From the NCBI GenBank assembly GCA_964348935.1, contig CAYGEJ010000005.1, positions 2,845 through 66,844 of the forward strand: 64,000 nucleotides of DNA. The letters are read 5' to 3'. The stretch comes from an uncultured Candidatus Saccharibacteria bacterium (GTDB lineage: Bacteria; Patescibacteriota; Doudnabacteria; UBA920). The position numbers were made by a program, and so were the translations under genes. The notes beneath the pieces were generated by a model that made no database searches, was not told the DNA's origin, and saw only the letters and a list, made by a program, of their open reading frames with translations. Numbering within the stretch: the stretch's first letter is position 1; each line of letters starts with the position of its first letter. This document shows positions 8,954-18,396 of this stretch, in pieces.

Positions 8954-9892
8954 TTAACTATGGAAATGTGTTAGGGTTTTAAAGTCGTTAAAACGTTTAG
9001 TAATTTTTTCATTTGAAACTTTTTGCAAAGCTTTAGTGCCTAAAGCTTCAACAGAGAAAGAGGCAAGTACAGAACCGGCAACACAAGCTTTTTTTAAATT
9101 TTCCCAAGTGGTATTTTGGGTTTTGGTAATGTAGCCCATAAATCCACCTGCAAAACTATCCCCAGCACCTGTCGGGTCTATTACGTCCTCAAGTGGAAAA
9201 CCTGGTAGGTGAAAAACCTGCTTTCCGTTAAACATAAGTAATCCGTATTCACCGCGTTTGATTATTAGGGTTGAGGGTTGAGGGTTGAGGGAAGATTTAT
9301 TACTAGAACGCATCATTCCTAAAATCTTTTTTGCAGCTTTAAGAATATTATGCTCGCGGGAAAGCTCTCTTGCTTCAGAGTCGTTAATAATTAAGCAGTC
9401 TACTTTTTTTAAAATTATTTTTAAGTCTTTTAGTGCATTACCTATCCAAAAGTTCATAGTATCTAAACCAATAAATTTAGGTTTGGAAACTTGTTTTAAA
9501 ACGTCTAACTGTAATTTTGGATGAATATTTCCTAAAAAAATGTAGTCAGAATTTATATTTTGTGTAGAAAGTTGAGGTTTAAAATTTTCAAATACGCCGA
9601 GCTCTGTTTTTAAAGTATCTCTTGAATTTAAGTCAAAGTGATACCTGCCAGACCAGTGAAAAGTATTGCCTTTTGCTTTGGCTATTCCAGAAACATCTGC
9701 AACTTTTGCTAGTGTGTTAAAATCTGTTTTTTTAAAATCTTCACCTATAACACCAACAATTTTGGCTTTTGTAAAAAATCTAGAAGCTAGGCTAAAAAAA
9801 CTAGCACTTCCACCAAGTGTTTTATTAACTTTGCCAAATGGTGTTTGTATGCTGTCGTAGGCGATTGAGCCTACAATTAATAAGTTAGACAT
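8954..9892 (-). CDS. PfkB family carbohydrate/nucleoside kinase (ribokinase/adenosine kinase-like)
   Basis: C-terminal DPTGAGDSFAGGF anion-hole motif of the PfkB/ribokinase family. Internal (GGGTTGA)x3 tandem repeat at 9247-9270. Confidence 0.8.
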   Translation of the reverse strand: MSNLLIVGSIAYDSIQTPFGKVNKTLGGSASFFSLASRFFTKAKIVGVIGEDFKKTDFNTLAKVADVSGIAKAKGNTFHWSGRYHFDLNSRDTLKTELGVFENFKPQLSTQNINSDYIFLGNIHPKLQLDVLKQVSKPKFIGLDTMNFWIGNALKDLKIILKKVDCLIINDSEARELSREHNILKAAKKILGMMRSSNKSSLNPQPSTLIIKRGEYGLLMFNGKQVFHLPGFPLEDVIDPTGAGDSFAGGFMGYITKTQNTTWENLKKACVAGSVLASFSVEALGTKALQKVSNEKITKRFNDFKTLTHFHS

Positions 9893-9939
9893 GAAAGCAC
9901 TTTTAATAATAGCTTATATATTTTAGCATGATTTAAGAT

Positions 9940-9967
9940 TTGCCCAAAAATAAAAAAGGCGTATAAT
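9940..9967 (+). promoter_or_regulatory. Sigma70-type promoter (TTGCCC - 16 nt - TATAAT)
   Basis: Near-consensus hexamers with canonical spacing in an otherwise gene-free stretch. Confidence 0.55.
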
Positions 9968-9973
9968 ATATTT

Positions 9974-10045
9974 ATGAAACAACAAATACAAAAAATAAGC
10001 ATGAAAATGTGGATGCCTACAGAGCGGGGTGTTGTTTTAGTTTAG
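9974..10045 (+). CDS. Tiny ORF (23 codons, MKQQIQKISMKMWMPTERGVVLV) between promoter and terminator; may instead be a small RNA
   Basis: ATG about 7 nt downstream of the -10. The stop is followed 15 nt later by a terminator hairpin at 10061-10082 plus a T-run. No SD. Confidence 0.3.
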   Translation: MKQQIQKISMKMWMPTERGVVLV

Positions 10046-10057
10046 TTTTTTACTTAA

Positions 10058-10092
10058 AACATCCCGATGAACATCGGGATGTTTTTTTGGTT
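10058..10092 (+). terminator. Rho-independent terminator (catcccgatg aa catcgggatg + T7)
   Basis: Perfect 10-bp stem then ttttttt on the plus strand. Confidence 0.75.
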
Positions 10093-10191
10093 TTAAGGTA
10101 GTGTTTATAACCATTTTTCTGTCGGGTGACAGATGAGACAATTTTGTCGGTGGTTTATAGATACTTTTGGAAACCAAAGAGAAGGAGGGGG

Positions 10192-10483
10192 TGTGAAAAC
10201 CGAAACTGATATTTTGCGCGGCTTGATTGCTCGTGATCATGGTGTTCGATTACGCTTAGTAGTACTTAAGTGTTTTGAGCTCAACGGAAGCCCCCTAACT
10301 TTTTTGGGTTACCGGGGCGACTTAAAAACCGCAATCTTTCGTTATTACGAAGAAGGTGACGAACCTTCTAACGAGCTCGATATGAACGCCGTTTGGCATG
10401 CAGTCCTGTACCATAATGAGGAGTACACGCGTCTCTTGGTTTACCAAGACGATGGGCTCACCATTACTTTTGTGGAGGGCTGA
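10192..10483 (+). CDS. Hypothetical protein (~96 aa), GC-rich with strong RBS
   Basis: GTG start preceded by GAAGGAGGGGG. The ORF track extends it upstream to 10133. GC is well above the flanks, and a GC-rich terminator at 10505-10542 follows. No recognisable motif. Confidence 0.5.
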
Positions 10484-10504
10484 TCATGCTACCAGAGAAC
10501 AAAA

Positions 10505-10542
10505 AGCCGAGGACACTCACGCGTACCTCGGCTAAAATTTTA
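10505..10542 (+). terminator. GC-rich intrinsic terminator
   Basis: agccgagg...cctcggct stem followed by aaaatttta. Confidence 0.55.
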
Positions 10543-10630
10543 TATCATGCTTTTCGTTTCAAGCTTTACAGTTATGTCAAAGTTAATTTTATTTGATATA
10601 ATAAGCATATATTAAAAAGTTAACTATATT

Positions 10631-11158
10631 ATGAATATCCACCCGGTAGTTGTACATTTTCCAGTAGCCTTACTTACAATTTATGCATTAATGGAATTAA
10701 TTCGCTTTAATAAAGTTAAGTCTCAACCTTATTGGTTTTATGTTAAAGCCTTGTTTCTAATGATTGGTGGACTTGGTGCTTTAGCAGCCAGGCAAACAGG
10801 CGAATGGGCAGCGGAAGGTGTGGATAGATCTTCTGATACAGCAGGAATTTTGAATATGCATGAAAATTTTGCAAATGCCACTACGCTAATTTTTGGAACT
10901 CTTGCAGTTGGGTATTTAATAATTTGGTTAAACAGGGAAAATATTTTTAAATTTTTTAATAACAACCAAACCTTAATAAAAATTTGGAATTTTATTTTGC
11001 CAATTGCGAAAGTTTTAATTGAGACTAAGCTGGTAATACTGCTCGCCTTTGCTGGACTTGCTTGTGTAACTATAACCGGAGGTTTGGGTGGTATTATGGT
11101 TTATGGGCCAGATGCAGACCCGTTTTTTGGATTTATCTATAAACTGATTTTTCAATAG
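10631..11158 (+). CDS. DUF2231-like integral membrane protein
   Basis: N-terminal HPVVVHFPVALL motif and 4-5 TM helices. The family call is from memory of the DUF2231 signature. Confidence 0.45.
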   Translation: MNIHPVVVHFPVALLTIYALMELIRFNKVKSQPYWFYVKALFLMIGGLGALAARQTGEWAAEGVDRSSDTAGILNMHENFANATTLIFGTLAVGYLIIWLNRENIFKFFNNNQTLIKIWNFILPIAKVLIETKLVILLAFAGLACVTITGGLGGIMVYGPDADPFFGFIYKLIFQ

Positions 11159-11172
11159 TTAATATGTAATTA

Positions 11173-11199
11173 ATCCGCCAAATGGCGGATAGGATTTTT
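11173..11199 (+). terminator. Intrinsic terminator (atccgccaaatggcggat + T-run)
   Basis: Perfect 7-bp stem, 4-nt loop, then ttttt. Confidence 0.65.
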
Positions 11200-11205
11200 G
11201 TATTT

Positions 11206-11279
11206 GCGGGATTAGTACAATGGTAGTATGAGACCTTCCCAAGGTTTAGACACGGGTTCGATTCCCGTATCCCGCTCCA
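11206..11279 (+). tRNA. tRNA-Gly (anticodon CCC)
   Basis: GCGGGATTAGTACAATGGTAGTATGAGACCTTCCCAAGGTTTAGACACGGGTTCGATTCCCGTATCCCGCTCCA. Acceptor stem GCGGGAT/ATCCCGC, anticodon loop TTCCCAA, T-loop TTCGATT, 3' CCA encoded. Confidence 0.85.
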
Positions 11280-11345
11280 AAATTTATTATTTGTAAAATG
11301 CTTATATTTTAGGTATAATTAAGGCAATAATTACCTTAATTATTT

Positions 11346-12638
11346 ATGTCTATTGAAACTAAAAAGCTCTCGTTAGAGCCTTATAAAGGAACTCGAGATT
11401 TTTACCCGCAAGATAAGTTTATTCAAGATTATATTTTTAATGTTTGGCGTAAAGTTGCAAAATCTTACGGGTACTTGGAATATGATTCGTCTATTTTAGA
11501 GGAGACAGAACTTTATAAGGCAAAGAGTGGAGAGGAGATTGTTGGTGAACAGACTTATTCATTTACAGACCGTGGTGGTAGAGAAGTTACAATACGCCCT
11601 GAAATGACCCCAACAGTAGCAAGAATGGTAGCGCAAAAGCGAAGGGAACTTAATTTTCCTCTTCGCTGGTTTAGCATTCCAAACCTTTTTAGATACGAAC
11701 GTCCACAACGTGGTCGCATGCGTGAACACTGGCAGTTTAACGTAGACATGTTTGGCGTAGATAATATAGAAGCAGATGTGGAGATGATTTCCTTGGCTTA
11801 CGATATTATTAAGTCTTTTGGCGCTAAAGATGAAAGCTTTCAAATTAAAATAAATAGTAGAAAGTTTTTAAATTTTTTAACAGATGAATATTTAAAAATT
11901 ACAGCAGAGCAAAAGCATGCAATTTTTAAACTTATTGACCGGATGAATAAAATTTCTGCTGATGAGTTTGAAAATCAAGGCACAGAAATTTTAAAAGAGA
12001 AATTTACCAAGCTTAAGGAGGTTATAAAAAACAAAGATTTAAATTTGCTTCCAGAAGAGTTAAAATCTTCACAAGGTATAAGTGATATATTAAATTGTAT
12101 TAAGCAATTGAATTCAAGAGGTGTTAAAAATTCCGTGTTTGATGCATCTATTATGCGTGGTTTTGATTATTACACTGGGATAGTTTTTGAAATGAACGAC
12201 ACAAGTCCAAAAAACCCTCGAGCTCTTTTTGGTGGTGGGCGTTACGATGACCTGGTAGGGATTTTTGGTGTAGAAAAAGTTAGTGGAGTAGGTTTTGGTA
12301 TGGGAGACGTAACGGTTAGAGATTTTTTGGAAACCTATAATTTATTGCCAGAATATTCTACAGGAATAAAATTGTATATTGCACCATTTAATTCTGAATG
12401 CGTTGAGTATTCAAACAATTTAGCAAGTGAATTAAGGAGTGCAGGAATAAATGTAGTAGTTGACCTAACAGACAGGCAGGTAACTAAAAAAGTAAAAAGC
12501 GCTGACCGTGAAGGTATTCCTTTTGTTGTGGTGATTGGTGAAGAAGAAATTAAAAGCGGAAAGTTCAAAATTAAAAAATTAAAAGAGAGTAAAGAGTTTG
12601 AAGTAACCGAATCGGAGATTATAAATTTATTATCTTAA
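11346..12638 (+). CDS. hisS: Histidyl-tRNA synthetase
   Basis: Class II motif 2 (FRYERPQRGRMREHWQFNVD), motif 3 (GGGRYD) and a C-terminal anticodon-binding domain. 430 aa. Confidence 0.9.
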   Translation: MSIETKKLSLEPYKGTRDFYPQDKFIQDYIFNVWRKVAKSYGYLEYDSSILEETELYKAKSGEEIVGEQTYSFTDRGGREVTIRPEMTPTVARMVAQKRRELNFPLRWFSIPNLFRYERPQRGRMREHWQFNVDMFGVDNIEADVEMISLAYDIIKSFGAKDESFQIKINSRKFLNFLTDEYLKITAEQKHAIFKLIDRMNKISADEFENQGTEILKEKFTKLKEVIKNKDLNLLPEELKSSQGISDILNCIKQLNSRGVKNSVFDASIMRGFDYYTGIVFEMNDTSPKNPRALFGGGRYDDLVGIFGVEKVSGVGFGMGDVTVRDFLETYNLLPEYSTGIKLYIAPFNSECVEYSNNLASELRSAGINVVVDLTDRQVTKKVKSADREGIPFVVVIGEEEIKSGKFKIKKLKESKEFEVTESEIINLLS

Positions 12639-12639
12639 T

Positions 12640-13062
12640 ATGGATCCGAATATTATTTTGCAAGTTGGAGTTAAGGTATTATTGAAAAATATCGACGGTA
12701 AATATTTGCTTATCCGTAGGAATCCTGAAAAATATCCGGAGGTGGGTGCGGTTTGGGATATTGTTGGTGGAAGAATTAACCCCGGCGCTTCACTTTTGGA
12801 AAATTTAAAAAGAGAAATTAAAGAAGAAACAAATTTGGATCTGGTTAAGCCGGTTAAATTAATTGGTGCGCAGGATATTTTAAAAGTTCCTGGGAGGCAT
12901 GTTATTAGGCTGACTTATACTGGTGAAATAGTAGGTGAGCCAAAAATTGACGACGAAAGTTTGGAGTTTAGCTGGTTTACTTTAGATGAAATAATAAATA
13001 TTCCCGAGGGTTCTTTAGATTTATTTTTTAAACAACTTCTAATACAGGGATTAATTAGCTAA
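12640..13062 (+). CDS. NUDIX hydrolase
   Basis: Nudix box GGRINPGASLLENLKREIKEETNL (G-x5-E-x7-REUxEExGU). Confidence 0.8.
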   Translation: MDPNIILQVGVKVLLKNIDGKYLLIRRNPEKYPEVGAVWDIVGGRINPGASLLENLKREIKEETNLDLVKPVKLIGAQDILKVPGRHVIRLTYTGEIVGEPKIDDESLEFSWFTLDEIINIPEGSLDLFFKQLLIQGLIS

Positions 13063-13068
13063 AATATT

Positions 13069-13365
13069 ATGAATAAAACACGGTTATTAATGGTTATATT
13101 TCTTGGAATGTTTATTACTGTTGTGGTTATTATTCTCTTGAGTAGGGATCAGCAAAAAGCCAGTTTAAAAGTTAATGAAATTAATAGCTTTGAAGAATGT
13201 GTTAAAGAGGGTGGTTCGGTTATGGAGAGTTACCCAAGGCAGTGTGCCAACAAAAATGGTAAATTGTTTATTGAACAGGTTGTGGCTCAGGAGTGTGGGG
13301 GCGTAAACGATTGTCCTGTTGGGCTTGCCTGTATAAATCATACCTGTCAAAAACTTTCTAAATAA
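13069..13365 (+). CDS. Small secreted/membrane-anchored Cys-rich hypothetical protein
   Basis: N-terminal TM/signal segment and six Cys in the C-terminal half (ECVKEGG...CANKNG...CGGVNDCPVGLACINHTC). Confidence 0.45.
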   Translation: MNKTRLLMVIFLGMFITVVVIILLSRDQQKASLKVNEINSFEECVKEGGSVMESYPRQCANKNGKLFIEQVVAQECGGVNDCPVGLACINHTCQKLSK

Positions 13366-13368
13366 ATT

Positions 13369-13941
13369 ATGAAATATTCCAGAGTAAATGCGGATGAATT
13401 AATGAGAAGTTGGGTCTTGTCTGAGTCGCTACGAAGACATATGTATGCAGTAGAGTCGGTAATGCGCGCTTATGCTCGAGAGTTTGGGGAAGATGAAGAG
13501 TTGTGGGGTATTGCTGGTTTATTGCACGACTTTGATTACGAAAAATATCCAGAATACAACGAAACAACCAAGACCGGTCATCCGTTTGAAGGTGTAAGGG
13601 AGCTTGAAAAATTAGGTTATCCAGCAGAGGTGGTTACTGCCATATTAGGGCACGCGCTATATAGCGGAGTGCCAAGAGAAAGTTTAATGGCTAAAACTTT
13701 ATTTGCTTGTGACGAACTGTCTGGGTTTATTGTTGCTTGCGCACATTTAAGCCCGGATAAATTAATGAGCTTGGAAGTTAGTTCTGTTAAGAAAAAGCTG
13801 AAAAATAAAAATTTTGCTTCCAAGGTGAATAGAGAAGATATTGAATTGGGAATTAAGGAAATGAAGGTAGATGAAGATTCTCATATTCAATTTGCAATTT
13901 TAGCTTTGAGAGGTGTTTCTAAGGAATTGGGTTTTAATTAA
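13369..13941 (+). CDS. HD-domain phosphohydrolase
   Basis: H...HD motif (LLHDFDYEKYPE) and a downstream His/Asp (HALYSG...ACDELSG). Confidence 0.65.
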   Translation: MKYSRVNADELMRSWVLSESLRRHMYAVESVMRAYAREFGEDEELWGIAGLLHDFDYEKYPEYNETTKTGHPFEGVRELEKLGYPAEVVTAILGHALYSGVPRESLMAKTLFACDELSGFIVACAHLSPDKLMSLEVSSVKKKLKNKNFASKVNREDIELGIKEMKVDEDSHIQFAILALRGVSKELGFN

Positions 13942-13950
13942 TTTTAATTT

Positions 13951-14847
13951 ATGGAATCTAAAACTCGCATAAAAATTTCAATTGTTGTGGCTTTGCTTTT
14001 GATTTTGGGGTTTGCATTTTGGAAATATGTCCCAATACAGAATTTTTCTACTAATTTCCCGGACGTAATTAAAAATTTTGCTTCAAGTACTGTTGCAACA
14101 CAAATTCAAAATATACAACAGGAAGTTTTTAGTCCGCCACCGTTAAAAAGTACCAGTCCAAAAATTCAAAATTCGATTTTATCGGCTAGCGGGATTGTCT
14201 ATTGGACGAATATCAACCGACAGCAAAACGGTGGATTTGTAGCTTTAAATGAAAACGCTCTTTTATCTAAAGCGGCAAAAAATAAGTTGGATGATATGTT
14301 TAAAAATCAATATTTTGAACACGAGTCTCCAAATGGAGGGGGTCCCGCCGATTTAGCAAAGGTGGTTGGGTATGAATATTTATCTATTGGAGAAAATTTA
14401 GCCTTGGGATACTTTAAAAATAACCAAGAACTTGTAACCGCCTGGATGAATAGTCCAGGACATAGAGCAAATATTTTGAATTCCAAGTTTACTGAAATAG
14501 GAGTCGCGGTTGGCAAAGGATTTTATAAAGGAGAAGAAACATGGTTGGCTGTTCAAGAATTTGGACGACCAAAGGAAAGTTGTCCGTCTATTGATGAAGG
14601 TTTGAAGGTGCAAATTGTTTCTTTGCAAAGCGAAATAGATACGCTACAGCCACAAATTTTGGAATTAAAAGTAGTAATAGATTCAATGGATCCTAAAACT
14701 AAAGAAGATTACGATACTTATAATGCCAAAGTTGCTGAGTATAATGGTTTAGTTAAAATTTTTAATTTTAAAGTAGATACTTTAAAATTAGACACAAGTA
14801 AGTATAACGCCCAAGTTAGTAAATACAACATCTGTTTAGGAAGTTAA
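13951..14847 (+). CDS. CAP (SCP/PR-1-like) domain protein with N-terminal TM anchor and C-terminal coiled coil
   Basis: GENLALGY...AWMNSPGHRANILNSKFTEIGVAVG matches CAP-domain signature blocks. Paralog of 57841..58875. Confidence 0.7.
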   Translation: MESKTRIKISIVVALLLILGFAFWKYVPIQNFSTNFPDVIKNFASSTVATQIQNIQQEVFSPPPLKSTSPKIQNSILSASGIVYWTNINRQQNGGFVALNENALLSKAAKNKLDDMFKNQYFEHESPNGGGPADLAKVVGYEYLSIGENLALGYFKNNQELVTAWMNSPGHRANILNSKFTEIGVAVGKGFYKGEETWLAVQEFGRPKESCPSIDEGLKVQIVSLQSEIDTLQPQILELKVVIDSMDPKTKEDYDTYNAKVAEYNGLVKIFNFKVDTLKLDTSKYNAQVSKYNICLGS

Positions 14848-14928
14848 AAAGGGTTGGAAAATATTCAAATTTAAGTTATAATTATTTGACCTGATTTAAT
14901 AATTATTTAAAGTAAAAAGGAATGATTT

Positions 14929-15207
14929 ATGGGATTCATGGACAAGCTTAAAGATATTAACGAATTACGCAAGCAAGCCAAACAAATGGAAAGCCTGCTT
15001 TCTGTTGAGACAGTTAGTGGAAATTCCTCGGGTTCCAAAATTGTTTTAACAATTGATGGAAATCAAAATATTAAAAGCGTTGAGGTGAGTCAAGATATTG
15101 TTGGTGATAAAGCAGAAATTGCCAGAAATATTAGGTCCGCTTTGGAAGATTTATTTAAACAACATAAAAAGATGTTGCAAAAAAAATTTGGCAGTATGAT
15201 GCAATAA
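14929..15207 (+). CDS. YbaB/EbfC family nucleoid-associated protein
   Basis: About 92 aa, with the N-terminal MGFMDKLKDINELRKQAKQMESLL typical of YbaB. Confidence 0.65.
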   Translation: MGFMDKLKDINELRKQAKQMESLLSVETVSGNSSGSKIVLTIDGNQNIKSVEVSQDIVGDKAEIARNIRSALEDLFKQHKKMLQKKFGSMMQ

Positions 15208-15221
15208 GTAGGACAATGTAG

Positions 15222-16139
15222 ATGATAAAATCAAAAATTACAATTTTAATAATCGCTTTAACTATATTGGTGCCAAATGTATCCAATGCTTTAATTATGC
15301 CAAAAGATGGTAATGATTTGGCGGATATGACTGGTATAAACGCCAAAGCATATATTGTAAAAGATCTTAAATCAGGCGAAATTTTAATTTCAAAAAATGA
15401 GAATCTGCCTTGGATACCAGCTTCACTGACAAAATTGGTAACGGCTCTGGTTGTACTTGATACAAAAACCAAATTGAATAAAACCGTTGCAATTACCAAG
15501 GGTGACCAGATAAAAGGTGCTTGTGCTTCGGGTGGTGCTTGTATTAAAGCTAAGCCGGGTGTGAAGTTTACCGTAGATGCTTTATTTCATGCAGCGCTTT
15601 TGCCTTCTGCTAATAATGCAACTCACGCATTAGCCAGAAGTACCGGGCTTACCCCAAAACAGTTTGCAGATAAAATGAATGAAAAGGCCAAAAGTTTAGG
15701 TGCTATAAACAGCCATTTCAATGAGCCTACCGGCTTGGATACCGACAATATTATTACCGCTTCGGATTATACTTTTGTGGTTGAGGCGGCTTTTAAGCAT
15801 CCTTATTTACGTAAAATTGCCGGTTTAAGTAAATATTATTTGCGTTCTACTAATAACTCCAAATATAATCAAACTATTAAGAATACAGACAAATTATTGG
15901 CGGATTCTGAAATTAAAGTTTTAGGTGCCAAGACTGGCTACTTAACGGAATCGGGCTATAATTTTGGTTCTTTGGTAAAATTTCATAATAGCCAAGAATT
16001 AGTGGTAATAGTATTGGGTGAAAAACATTTATACTCTGCATTTGCCGAAACTAAACAGTTAATGGCCTTAGCTGAAGTGGCTAAAGCCATTGCATTAGTA
16101 AACAGTTCTTTAGTACTAGGTATGTCTACCCAACCTTAA
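15222..16139 (+). CDS. D-alanyl-D-alanine carboxypeptidase (S11, PBP5-like)
   Basis: SxxK (ASLTK), SxN (PSANN) and KTG (AKTGY) motifs in canonical order. N-terminal signal peptide. Confidence 0.8.
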   Translation: MIKSKITILIIALTILVPNVSNALIMPKDGNDLADMTGINAKAYIVKDLKSGEILISKNENLPWIPASLTKLVTALVVLDTKTKLNKTVAITKGDQIKGACASGGACIKAKPGVKFTVDALFHAALLPSANNATHALARSTGLTPKQFADKMNEKAKSLGAINSHFNEPTGLDTDNIITASDYTFVVEAAFKHPYLRKIAGLSKYYLRSTNNSKYNQTIKNTDKLLADSEIKVLGAKTGYLTESGYNFGSLVKFHNSQELVVIVLGEKHLYSAFAETKQLMALAEVAKAIALVNSSLVLGMSTQP

Positions 16140-16167
16140 CTTTATAAATAATTAAATATATATCTCA

Positions 16168-16872
16168 ATGTCAAATTCAACATCGTCTTCCGGAGCTAAA
16201 AGGTTAATTACAATAGCAGTAGTTGTTTTGTTAGCTGTCGGTTTTGGTTATTTTTTGTTTAAGATTTCTCCACAACAGGCAAGTCAGCAGGCAAATTCCA
16301 CTTATAAATTAAATACTTCGGAAGCCAAACAAATTCCTTTGCCTCCAGTCTTTGAGGCAAGCCAGGATAGATTTCAGGGTAGTCCAACAGCTAAGAATGT
16401 ATTTATAGAGTATTCGGACTTTCAATGTCCGGCTTGTGCCGCTTACAGTCAAATATTAAAACAAGTGCCTACAGTGTTTAAGGATACAGTTTTTGTTTAC
16501 AGATATTTTCCTTTGGAGCAAATTCATAAAAATGCTGTAATTTCTTCCTTGGCTGCCGAAGCAGCAGGAGCTCAAGGAAAGTATTGGGAAATGCATGATT
16601 TGCTGTTTGCTAAGCAAATTGAATGGCAAGATTTAAGCGATCCTATTGAGCAATTTGCTCAGTATGCAGTGCAAATTGAAGTTCCAAACATAGAACAGTT
16701 TAAGAGTGATATTACCAGCAAAAAATTTATTTCTAAGGTTGAAAAAAATAATAATGAGGCTTTGGGATTAAGTCTGCCGGGTACTCCAAGTTTCTTTTTT
16801 AACGGACACCAGTTAAAAAATGACACAATTGAAGGTATGGAAAAACAAGCTCAGCAGTATTATATAAAGTAG
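16168..16872 (+). CDS. DsbA-like thiol:disulfide oxidoreductase, membrane-anchored
   Basis: N-terminal TM segment and a thioredoxin-fold CPAC (CxxC) active site (DFQCPACAAY). Confidence 0.7.
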   Translation: MSNSTSSSGAKRLITIAVVVLLAVGFGYFLFKISPQQASQQANSTYKLNTSEAKQIPLPPVFEASQDRFQGSPTAKNVFIEYSDFQCPACAAYSQILKQVPTVFKDTVFVYRYFPLEQIHKNAVISSLAAEAAGAQGKYWEMHDLLFAKQIEWQDLSDPIEQFAQYAVQIEVPNIEQFKSDITSKKFISKVEKNNNEALGLSLPGTPSFFFNGHQLKNDTIEGMEKQAQQYYIK

Positions 16873-16915
16873 TGAGCCAATTAATTGGCAAAATATTTGA
16901 ATTATAAAAAATTAG

Positions 16916-16943
16916 CGGCATCCGTGCATGGGTGCCGCTTTTG
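16916..16943. terminator. Bidirectional intrinsic terminator (gcggcatccgtgcatgggtgccgc)
   Basis: GC stem between convergent genes, followed by tttt. Confidence 0.65.
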
Positions 16944-16950
16944 CTTCGGG

Positions 16951-17142
16951 TTATTGTGGTTTCCTGGCGGGTGGAGTTTTTAGTCCATATGTTGATTCTG
17001 TTGATTTGGACTCAGTGCCGTCTTTGGCTTTTGTGGTCGACTCCTGAAGCTTTTTCGAAATCTGTTTAGTGGTTGTCTGGTTGCAACCGGCGAGGAGCGC
17101 GGTTACGAATAGGACAGCAAAAAACGTTACTTGTGTAAACAT
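16951..17142 (-). CDS. Small lipoprotein (63 aa), Thr/Lys/Ser-rich mature part
   Basis: Signal peptide with lipobox LLAGC; the mature part is low-complexity. Confidence 0.5.
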   Translation of the reverse strand: MFTQVTFFAVLFVTALLAGCNQTTTKQISKKLQESTTKAKDGTESKSTESTYGLKTPPARKPQ

Positions 17143-17245
17143 TATATTCCTCCACGGAATTGAATTATTGAAAGTATATTAGTTGTGTTGTAAATGTCAA
17201 CTCAGACTGGATTATTTTCATAAAATATTGTATAATACGGCGGAT

Positions 17246-18376
17246 ATGAAAAAAAACTTAATTAAAGTACAAAAAAAGAAAAAGGTTTTAATTGCGCTCA
17301 GTGGAGGAATAGATAGCGCGGTTTCGGCTTACCTGCTTATTAAACAAGGTTACGAAGTAGAAGGTGCTTTTATGAAGAATTGGTCAAGTACTGCTGGGCT
17401 TAAGGTGAATGAATGCCCGTGGTTGCAAGATAGGCAAGATGCACTTAGAGTGGCGGCTTTTTTACGCATTCCACTACATACCTTAGATTTTGAAAAACAG
17501 TATGAAAAAAATGTTTTAGATTATTTTTTTAAAGAATACGCTTCTGGTAGGACACCAAATCCAGACGTTATGTGTAATAAAGAAGTAAAATTTAAGCTTT
17601 TATATAATTGGGCAATAAAAAACGGGTTTGATTATTTAGCCACCGGGCATTATGCAAAAATAGCTACCAACGGAAAGAATAAAGCGAGAAAGGGTTCATT
17701 ATTAGCAACTAACAACTTGTCACTTGAACGCAGTGCAGATGAATTTAAAGACCAAACCTATTTTATTTATAATATTAAAACTGAACAACTACCGCACTTA
17801 CTTTTTCCAATTGGCGGAATGATAAAAAATAAGGTTAGAGAATTGGCAAAAAAGATTAATTTGCCAAATGCAGATAAAAAAGAAAGCATGGGATTGTGCT
17901 TTGTAGGCAGGATTCGTTTAACAGATTTTCTAAACCAGAAATTAAAGCCCAAAAAAGGAAAAATTGTAGATCAGAATGGAAGAATTATTGGAGAACATAA
18001 CGGGCTCCATATATATACAATTGGGCAAAGACAAGGAATTAAAGTCGGAGGTACGGGTCCTTATTATGTGTTTGCGAAAGACCTAAAAACTAACTTACTT
18101 TTTGTAACTAACATACCTAATGACAAACGTTTACAAACCAAAGAGGTCGAAATCCATTCAGTAAACTGGATATCCAGCCAAAATAAAAGATCCGAAATTC
18201 CAATATTAAAAGGGAGATATAGACATCAGGGGAAGTTAGTGCCGTTGGCAATTGAATTTATATCCAAAGATCATTATAAGGTTAAATTTAAAACTCCCCA
18301 GAAGGCGGTTGCTTCGGGGCAAAGTTTGGTTATGTACAATAGAAAAGAATGCGTTGGTGGGGGAGTAATTGCATAA
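17246..18376 (+). CDS. mnmA: tRNA-specific 2-thiouridylase MnmA
   Basis: PP-loop SGGIDSAV and MnmA blocks downstream. ATG at 17246 chosen because TTGTATAAT lies 12 nt upstream (near-leaderless); the ORF track's 17183 start adds 21 non-conserved residues. Confidence 0.85.
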   Translation: MKKNLIKVQKKKKVLIALSGGIDSAVSAYLLIKQGYEVEGAFMKNWSSTAGLKVNECPWLQDRQDALRVAAFLRIPLHTLDFEKQYEKNVLDYFFKEYASGRTPNPDVMCNKEVKFKLLYNWAIKNGFDYLATGHYAKIATNGKNKARKGSLLATNNLSLERSADEFKDQTYFIYNIKTEQLPHLLFPIGGMIKNKVRELAKKINLPNADKKESMGLCFVGRIRLTDFLNQKLKPKKGKIVDQNGRIIGEHNGLHIYTIGQRQGIKVGGTGPYYVFAKDLKTNLLFVTNIPNDKRLQTKEVEIHSVNWISSQNKRSEIPILKGRYRHQGKLVPLAIEFISKDHYKVKFKTPQKAVASGQSLVMYNRKECVGGGVIA

Positions 18377-18396
18377 TTAAAAATATAGTTTTCGTA

